The notes beneath the pieces were generated by a model. The model did no database searches, was not told the origin of the DNA, and saw only the letters and a list, made by a program, of their open reading frames with translations. Source: Chloroflexota bacterium (GTDB lineage Bacteria; Chloroflexota; Dehalococcoidia; Lucifugimonadales; Australimonadaceae). Taken from it: a stretch of DNA of 64,000 nt. Numbering within the stretch: position 1 is the first letter of the stretch; the number at the start of each line of letters is the position of its first letter. The stretch is from assembly GCA_009838965.1 (NCBI GenBank), contig VXQP01000084.1, positions 15,819-79,818 on the forward strand, given 5' to 3'. The position numbers and the translations under genes are program-made. Shown piece after piece: positions 58,319-64,000 of the stretch.

Positions 58319-59830
58319 CTAGGACAGACCTCCGAGCACGGCGTCAACGCCGGGCCTGATCACGTCGAGGAAAGGAGCGGGCCATATGCCCACGAGCACC
58401 AGCGGCACCACGAGCGCGCCGGAGGCCACGATCTCACGCGGTGTGAGGTCGGGCAGGGCATCCCATTGCGGGTCACGCTGGCCGAAGAAGACGCGCGCAA
58501 CGAGTCGCAGGATGTAGACCGCCGTGATCGCCGCGCCGAGGATACCGAGCGCCCCGAGTATCGGTTGCGTACGGAACGCGCCGATGAACACCAGCACCTC
58601 CGCGATGAAGCCGCTCAGCCCCGGCAGGCCGAGCGACGTGAGGCCCGCTATGACGAAGAACGCGGTCGTCCAGCCCATCTTCGACGCGAGTCCGTTGAGG
58701 ATGAGCGTGTCGCGCGTGTGTGCGCGCTCGTATATCGCGCCGACGACGGCGAAGAAGAGGGCGGTCATGATGCCGTGGGAGAACATCTGGAGCGTCGCGC
58801 CCGTGAGCCCGATGCTGTCCAGCGTCGCTATCCCCATGATGACGTAGCCCATGTGGCTCACGCTGGAGTAGCCGACGACGTACTTCAGGTCCGTCTGCGC
58901 CATCGCCGATATCGCGCCGTAGACCACGTTCACGGTGCCCAGGATGAAGAGCACGAGCGCCCACGCCTCCATGCCTTCCGGCAGCAGCGTCATGCCGACG
59001 CGGATGATGCCGAACGCGCCCAGCTTCATCAGCACGCCGGCGTGCAGCATGCTCACCGAGGTCGGGGCGGCGACGTGGCCATCCGGCGACCACGTATGGA
59101 ACGGCCAAAGGCCCGCCAGCAGGCCGAACCCCACCATCACGAGCGGGAACAACGTCTTCTGCGCACCGGAAGACAGTCCGCCATCCTGTACCGCGTCGCG
59201 GAGCCGGAGGATGTCGAAGGTGCCTATGTCGACCCATACGTAGATGGCGATGATGCCTATCCAGACCAGCACGCTCGCCGCGACGATCATGAGCACGAGC
59301 TTCAGCGCGCCGTACTCCTTGGTCCGCACGAAGTCGGCGAACGTGGAGCTGGAGCCCCATACCGCGATGAGGAGGAACATCGGCACGATGGCCAGCTCGT
59401 AGAAGAAGAAGAGGAAGAAGAGGTCGATGGACACGAACGTCCCATACACGCCCGCGATGAGGACGAACAGCAGGATGTAGTAGCTCTTCGCGTCCCTGTC
59501 CACATTCGCGGCGATCACGGAACCGGTGAGCGCCACGATACCCGTGAGCAGGACCATCGGGGCGGCGATGCCGTCCACGCCCAGCCGGAAATCTATCCCC
59601 ACGGACTCGAGCCACGTGTAGACCTTGATCATCTGGAAGGTGTCCGCGCCTGCCGAGTAGTCGAAGGCGATGAACACCCAGGCCGAGCCGATCATGAGCA
59701 GCGCACCCGAGCCCACGCCGACCCAGCGCGCCGTCGTCCGCCATGCGGCCGGAAGCACCATGAGCACAGCCGCCGTGAGCATCGGCAGGTAGATGAGCCA
59801 CTCGAGCAGATAGGGTTCCGCGCGACTCAT
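58319..59830 (-). CDS. nuoM: NADH-quinone oxidoreductase subunit M
   Basis: The ATG at 59830 forms an ATGA overlap with the nuoL stop. MSRAEPYLLEWLIYLP... and FHTWSPDGHVAAPTSVSMLHAGVLMKLG. The upstream 127 codons of the track ORF overlap nuoL. Confidence 0.92.
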   Translation of the reverse strand: MSRAEPYLLEWLIYLPMLTAAVLMVLPAAWRTTARWVGVGSGALLMIGSAWVFIAFDYSAGADTFQMIKVYTWLESVGIDFRLGVDGIAAPMVLLTGIVALTGSVIAANVDRDAKSYYILLFVLIAGVYGTFVSIDLFFLFFFYELAIVPMFLLIAVWGSSSTFADFVRTKEYGALKLVLMIVAASVLVWIGIIAIYVWVDIGTFDILRLRDAVQDGGLSSGAQKTLFPLVMVGFGLLAGLWPFHTWSPDGHVAAPTSVSMLHAGVLMKLGAFGIIRVGMTLLPEGMEAWALVLFILGTVNVVYGAISAMAQTDLKYVVGYSSVSHMGYVIMGIATLDSIGLTGATLQMFSHGIMTALFFAVVGAIYERAHTRDTLILNGLASKMGWTTAFFVIAGLTSLGLPGLSGFIAEVLVFIGAFRTQPILGALGILGAAITAVYILRLVARVFFGQRDPQWDALPDLTPREIVASGALVVPLVLVGIWPAPFLDVIRPGVDAVLGGLS

Positions 59831-61710
59831 CCTGTCATGCCCCCAACCCACAGCAATGCCCCGAGCGCCACGACACCCACGACTATGCCAAGACCGTAGT
59901 CCGCGAAGAGGCCCGTCACGTGATACCGCAGGCGTCGGCCCGTTTCCACGGCGCTCCAACCGGGGCCGTTCACGCCGACGTCGTTGACCACCTTGCGGTC
60001 GAACCAGGCCAGCTTCCCGCTCGCCCACAGCACGACCCTGTCGATCGTCCACTGGTAGGCGTGGTCCATGTAGAAACGGTTCGCGACGATGCCGTGCACG
60101 CTGGCGAACCGCTCGCGGAGCGCGTCGACGCGCGAGGTGTCCTCGTCTCCGTAGAGCGCGTACGCGAGCCCAAGGCCGCCCAGCGCGAGCACGATGCTCG
60201 CCACGAGCCACACGGGGACCACCTCGAAGGCGTGGGGTTTGTCACCCGGAGCGACGAGGAACGTGCCGATGCCCTCGTAGCCGATGGGCAGGGCGATGAA
60301 CCCCGTCACGACGGCAAGCACCGCGAGGAGCGCGAGCGGCCACGCCATGACGCGCGGCGATTCGTGGATATCCTGGTTCTCCGGCTTCAACCTGCCGAAG
60401 AAGACGACGAGCACGGCGCGCCCCATGTAGAGCGCGCTCAGCACGATGGCGACGAGGAAGAGCACGACGAACACCGGGTTCAGGCCGTCGGCGACTGCCA
60501 GCAGGATCTCGTCCTTGCTCCAGAACGCGTTGAGCGGCGGGATACCGGCCAGCGCCAGCGCGCCGACGGTGAACGCGGCGGACGTGATGGGCATCCGCTG
60601 CCGCAGGCCGCCCATCTTGCGGATGTCCGTCTCCTCGTGGGCGGCGTGCATGATGGAGCCGGCGGAGAGGAAGAGCATCGCCTTCGCCACGCCGTGCATG
60701 AGTAGGTGGAAGATGGCCGCCGTGTAGCCGCCCGCGCCGAGCGCGAGCATCATGAACCCGAGGTGGCTCATCGTGGAGTAGGCCAGGACGCGCTTCAGGT
60801 CCGTCATCACCAGGGCCATCGCCGCGCCCATGAGCGCGGTCACGAGGCCGACAGCCGCGACCGCCATCTGCGCGCTCTCCACGGCGTCGAACAACGGGAA
60901 GAGCCGCGCCACGAGGAACACGCCCGCCGTCACCATTGTGGCCGCGTGGATCAGCGCGCTCACGGGCGTCGGGCCTTCCATCGCGTCGGGCAGCCAGACG
61001 TGCAGCGGGAACTGCGCCGACTTGCCCATCGCGCCGAAGAAGACGAGGAATGCGCTTGCGGTCACCACCGCCTGGTTCACGCCTGGGTCGCCAAGCGAGC
61101 TCATGATCTGCACGATGTCGACCGTGTCGAACTCGACGATGAGCAGGACGACGCCGATGAGGAGGCCGACGTCGCCTATCCGCGTGGTGACGAACGCCTT
61201 CTTCGCAGCCTCGGCCGCCGAGCGCCGCTCGAACCAGAAGCCGATGAGCAGATAGGAGCAGAGTCCCACCAACTCCCACGCCACGTAGAGCAGCAGCAGG
61301 TTGTCCGCCAGCACGAGCATCAGCATGCTCGCGCTGAACAGGGAGTGCACGGCGAAGTACCAGCCGATGCGGGAGTCGTCCGTGCCGCCGTGGCGCATGT
61401 AGCCGAGCGAGTAGACCTGCACGATGACCGACACGAATGTGATGAGCGCGAGCATCGCAACCGTCAGCGGGTCGACGATGATGCCCCAACCCACCTCGAG
61501 CGGCCCTGCGCTGAACCAGTCCCTGGGGAAGTGGTGCTCGCCCACGCCTTTGTCCAGCATGTCGAACAGCACCGGCCAGACCGCGACGAACGCGGCGATG
61601 ATGGCCAGCACCGAAAGGTGCTTACCCTGACCGGGGAGGTACTTCCGGAAGAGCGCAAGGAACGCGAACGCTCCGAATCCGAACACCGGGATGAGCCAAG
61701 CCTGTTCCAC
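59827..61710 (-). CDS. nuoL: NADH-quinone oxidoreductase subunit L
   Basis: 627 aa with the motif HVWLPDAMEGPTPVSALIHAATMVTAGV and a long C-terminal amphipathic-helix region. Confidence 0.93.
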   Translation of the reverse strand: MEQAWLIPVFGFGAFAFLALFRKYLPGQGKHLSVLAIIAAFVAVWPVLFDMLDKGVGEHHFPRDWFSAGPLEVGWGIIVDPLTVAMLALITFVSVIVQVYSLGYMRHGGTDDSRIGWYFAVHSLFSASMLMLVLADNLLLLYVAWELVGLCSYLLIGFWFERRSAAEAAKKAFVTTRIGDVGLLIGVVLLIVEFDTVDIVQIMSSLGDPGVNQAVVTASAFLVFFGAMGKSAQFPLHVWLPDAMEGPTPVSALIHAATMVTAGVFLVARLFPLFDAVESAQMAVAAVGLVTALMGAAMALVMTDLKRVLAYSTMSHLGFMMLALGAGGYTAAIFHLLMHGVAKAMLFLSAGSIMHAAHEETDIRKMGGLRQRMPITSAAFTVGALALAGIPPLNAFWSKDEILLAVADGLNPVFVVLFLVAIVLSALYMGRAVLVVFFGRLKPENQDIHESPRVMAWPLALLAVLAVVTGFIALPIGYEGIGTFLVAPGDKPHAFEVVPVWLVASIVLALGGLGLAYALYGDEDTSRVDALRERFASVHGIVANRFYMDHAYQWTIDRVVLWASGKLAWFDRKVVNDVGVNGPGWSAVETGRRLRYHVTGLFADYGLGIVVGVVALGALLWVGGMTG

Positions 61711-61712
61711 GC

Positions 61713-62018
61713 CTAGCCCCTCATCACATCGATCTCGTCCAGATTCACGCCGCCCCTGCTCCTGAACAACCGCATCACGATGGCCAGCGCGAGGCCGACC
61801 TCCGCCGCAGCGATGGTGATGACGAACACGGCTATCACCTGTCCCGTGGACGTGCCGAAGCCGCTGAACGCGCCGAAGGCGACCAACTGGAGGTTCACCG
61901 CGTTGAGCATCAGTTCGATGGACATGAGCACGAGCACCGCGCTGCGCCTCGCCAAGACGCCGTACAAGCCGATGCAGAAGATGGCCGCGCTCAGCAGCTG
62001 GAAGTGGAGCAGCGTCAT
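61713..62018 (-). CDS. nuoK: NADH-quinone oxidoreductase subunit K
   Basis: 101 aa with 3 TM segments (LMSIELMLNAVNL). Confidence 0.92.
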   Translation of the reverse strand: MTLLHFQLLSAAIFCIGLYGVLARRSAVLVLMSIELMLNAVNLQLVAFGAFSGFGTSTGQVIAVFVITIAAAEVGLALAIVMRLFRSRGGVNLDEIDVMRG

Positions 62019-62602
62019 ACGCCCCTCCGGCGGCGTTCCGCCCGCCTGCGGCTTCCCCGGCGCACGGGCTCCTGCGCGTCGTCAGGTCCGTCGTCTTCCG
62101 GCAGCGTCTCGTCCTCCTCGCGTCCCGCGCGGCCTATCACGACCGCCCCGATGAGCGCGACAAGCAGCACCAGCGACGCTATCTCGAACGGCACGGCCCA
62201 CGCTGCGAACAGGTCCTCCGCAAGCGTCCGGAACGGGATCGCCTGGCGCGTGTTGGTATTGAACTGCTCCGCGTCGGCCACGAAGACCGCCGTCATGAGG
62301 CCGAACAGGAGAGCGGCTGCTACTGCGGCGAACGGGCGTCTGCGTGTCTCGGTCTCGCCCTCGTACTCGCCCGACCGCGTGAGCATCAGCGCGAACAGGA
62401 TGACGATGATGATGGCACCGCCGTAGATCAGCAGCTGCACGAGCGCCAGGAACTCGGCGTAGAGCAGCACGAACAGTCCCGCGACTCCGGCCAATGCCGC
62501 AAGCAGGAACAGCGCCGCGTGGACGATGTTGCGCGTGGCGACAACGCCGAATGAGGCGAAGAGCGTGAGCGTGGCGGCGGCGTAGAAGAGGATGAGTCCC
62601 AC
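62015..62602 (-). CDS. nuoJ: NADH-quinone oxidoreductase subunit J
   Basis: NuoJ N-terminal pattern (VATRNIVHAALFLLAALAGVAGLFVLLYAEFLALVQLLIYGGAI), plus a charged C-terminal tail. Overlaps nuoK by 4 nt. Confidence 0.9.
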   Translation of the reverse strand: MGLILFYAAATLTLFASFGVVATRNIVHAALFLLAALAGVAGLFVLLYAEFLALVQLLIYGGAIIIVILFALMLTRSGEYEGETETRRRPFAAVAAALLFGLMTAVFVADAEQFNTNTRQAIPFRTLAEDLFAAWAVPFEIASLVLLVALIGAVVIGRAGREEDETLPEDDGPDDAQEPVRRGSRRRAERRRRGV

Positions 62603-62604
62603 GC

Positions 62605-63180
62605 CTACTCCCCGTCCTCGGTTGGGTCGTCAGTGGCAGCGGCGTCGCCCGCGGAAGCCGCCTTGGCCGCAGCAGCGGCAGCCCTCTTCGCGAGTGCGAC
62701 CTCCGCTACGTTCTTCTCAGGGTTCTCCGGGCTCCACCCGCTCATATCCATGTACCGCCGCCCCAGGTCCAGCAACAGCGTCAGGTCGGCGCGCGAGCCG
62801 GTGCGTGCGTAGCTCGCCAGTTCGTGTTCGTACGACATCTCGATCGCGTCGAACGCACAGACGTCCACACAGATCCCGCAGAGGATGCAGCGGTTCAGGT
62901 TGATCTCGAACTCGTTGATGATCTTGCGGCGGTGGCTCGAGCCGTCGGCGAACTTCGGGTTGTCGTGCATCTGCGCCGACATGCACTGCGTCGGGCATTC
63001 GCGCACGCACACCATGCAACCCGTGCAGAACGGTTCGTCCGCCGTGTCGTCCATCAGGAGGGCAGGGAAGCCCATGTAGCGTTGCTGCACGGGCAGGTGC
63101 TGCTCCGGGTAGTGCGCGGTGACGGGCCGTTTCAGCAGCCAGCGCGCCGTCGTCAGTAGTCCTTTGATCGTTCCTATCAT
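62605..63180 (-). CDS. nuoI: NADH-quinone oxidoreductase subunit I (2x[4Fe-4S] ferredoxin-type)
   Basis: The ATG at 63180 forms an ATGA overlap with the nuoH stop. Two CxxCxxCxxxCP motifs (CTGCMVCVRECP, CILCGICVDVCA). Ala-rich acidic C-terminal tail. Confidence 0.92.
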   Translation of the reverse strand: MIGTIKGLLTTARWLLKRPVTAHYPEQHLPVQQRYMGFPALLMDDTADEPFCTGCMVCVRECPTQCMSAQMHDNPKFADGSSHRRKIINEFEINLNRCILCGICVDVCAFDAIEMSYEHELASYARTGSRADLTLLLDLGRRYMDMSGWSPENPEKNVAEVALAKRAAAAAAKAASAGDAAATDDPTEDGE

Positions 63181-64000
63181 GCCTGCTGACTCTCCGGTGT
63201 CGGCCTGCGTCTGCTCGGTTGCACCGTCACGGCCCGCTGTGCGTAACGCTGCGCCGTAGCGACCGCGTCCCTGCGCTGCAGGCGCAGTTGCACCCACGCG
63301 GCAAGAACCAGCGCCGCCAGCGACATCACCGTCAGCGTCCAGGTCGGCCAGCCATAGAAGCGCTGCACCGCGATCAGGATGACGCTGGCGAACCCGAGCG
63401 GTATGAGCAGTCTCCAGCCCACGTTCATCAGCTGGTCTATCCGCAGACGCGGCAGCGTCGCGCGCACCCAGAAGATGACGACGGCGAGGAAGTACGTCTT
63501 GCCGAGGAAGACCGCCACCGCGGGCACCTGGCCCACCTCGCCGAACGGCCATACCCAGCCGCCCAGGAAGAGCAGCGCGCCCAGTGCGGCCACTACGAAC
63601 GTGTTGACGTACTCCGCAAGGAAGAATATCGCCCAGTGCGCGCCGCTGTACTCGACGAACGGCCCGCCGACGACCTCCGACTCCGCGAAATAGATGTCGA
63701 ACGGAGTTCTGCCGACCTCGGCGAGGCCCGATATGAAGAACACGGCGAAAGCCAGCGGCAGCAGCGCGATGTACGGCACCGTCGCCTGAGCAGCCACCAC
63801 GTCCGTGAACCGCATCGAGTCCGCGACCATCACGACGCTCAGCACGCCAAGGATGAGGGGGATCTCGTAGCTGACCAGCTGCGCGGCGGAGCGGAAGCCG
63901 CCGAGGATGGCGTACTTGCTGTTGGAGCTCCACCCGGCCAGTATCAGCCCCACGATGCTGAGCACCGAGACCGCGATGAAGAAGAAAACGCCGAGGTCCA
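63177..64000 (-). CDS. nuoH: NADH-quinone oxidoreductase subunit H, C-terminal part (5-prime end outside the window)
   Basis: The frame is open to the window edge. NuoH motifs are present (SNSKYAILGGFRSAAQLVSYEIPL, RTPFDIYFAESEVVGGPFVEYSG). Confidence 0.92.
   Translation of the reverse strand, partial: DLGVFFFIAVSVLSIVGLILAGWSSNSKYAILGGFRSAAQLVSYEIPLILGVLSVVMVADSMRFTDVVAAQATVPYIALLPLAFAVFFISGLAEVGRTPFDIYFAESEVVGGPFVEYSGAHWAIFFLAEYVNTFVVAALGALLFLGGWVWPFGEVGQVPAVAVFLGKTYFLAVVIFWVRATLPRLRIDQLMNVGWRLLIPLGFASVILIAVQRFYGWPTWTLTVMSLAALVLAAWVQLRLQRRDAVATAQRYAQRAVTVQPSRRRPTPESQQA

Noticed and set aside
56700-58322. 540-aa plus-strand ORF opposite nuoN. Similar long ORFs lie opposite nuoM and nuoL: 58466-59899, 59920-60705 and 60706-61716.
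   Set aside because: They are antisense shadows of the highly conserved nuo genes. Their products are His/Arg/Asp/Glu-rich and lack TM segments or motifs.

Overview
High-G+C bacterial chromosomal segment. Hand counts of single 60-nt lines in genic regions give about two thirds G+C. The source is most likely Chloroflexota or Thermomicrobia-like; this is inferred from a giant chlor_Arch_YYY-type membrane protein, the gene content and the repeat families, and it was not searched.

Most of the window is housekeeping, in this order:
- the 3-prime part of rpoB, then rpoC
- a small Cox2-TM-like ORF, then ctaA and ctaB
- two dienelactone hydrolases and a flavoprotein disulfide reductase
- menB and menA
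- an orphan VWA protein
- a form II CODH-like cluster: coxG, then coxS-L-M and coxD-E
- an OCD / VOC / Zn-ADH / NAD-formate dehydrogenase operon
- an NCS2 permease and a YihY-family protein
- a TRAP transporter with an epimerase and an amidohydrolase
- a second coxS-coxM pair with no large subunit
- cysK
- trkH with three RCK proteins and a USP
- pheA
- the YYY protein
- gap, a VOC protein, eno and a TIGR00725-like protein
- nuoN back to a partial nuoH

The accessory patch lies at about 30.5-34.9 kb and holds two things of note.
1. A low-G+C insertion of about 1.1 kb carries a single HNH (type IV-restriction-like) endonuclease. It is bracketed by 46-bp direct repeats that duplicate the 3-prime end of the neighbouring gene, and it abuts tRNA-Val(GAC).
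2. Downstream are a small zinc-ribbon ORF, a sortase and two tandem TlpA/ResA-like lipoprotein genes. Each of the two is interrupted by an in-frame TGA exactly at the first Cys of the WCxxC motif. Each TGA is followed by an identical hairpin-forming stretch. The best reading is two unannotated selenocysteine (UxxC) proteins with bacterial SECIS elements.

Several REP-like hairpin families and two arrays of short inverted motifs occupy the few long intergenic regions. Many long ORFs in the supplied track are antisense or off-frame shadows typical of high-G+C DNA, and I rejected them. All functional calls come from motif recognition by eye; no database search was run.
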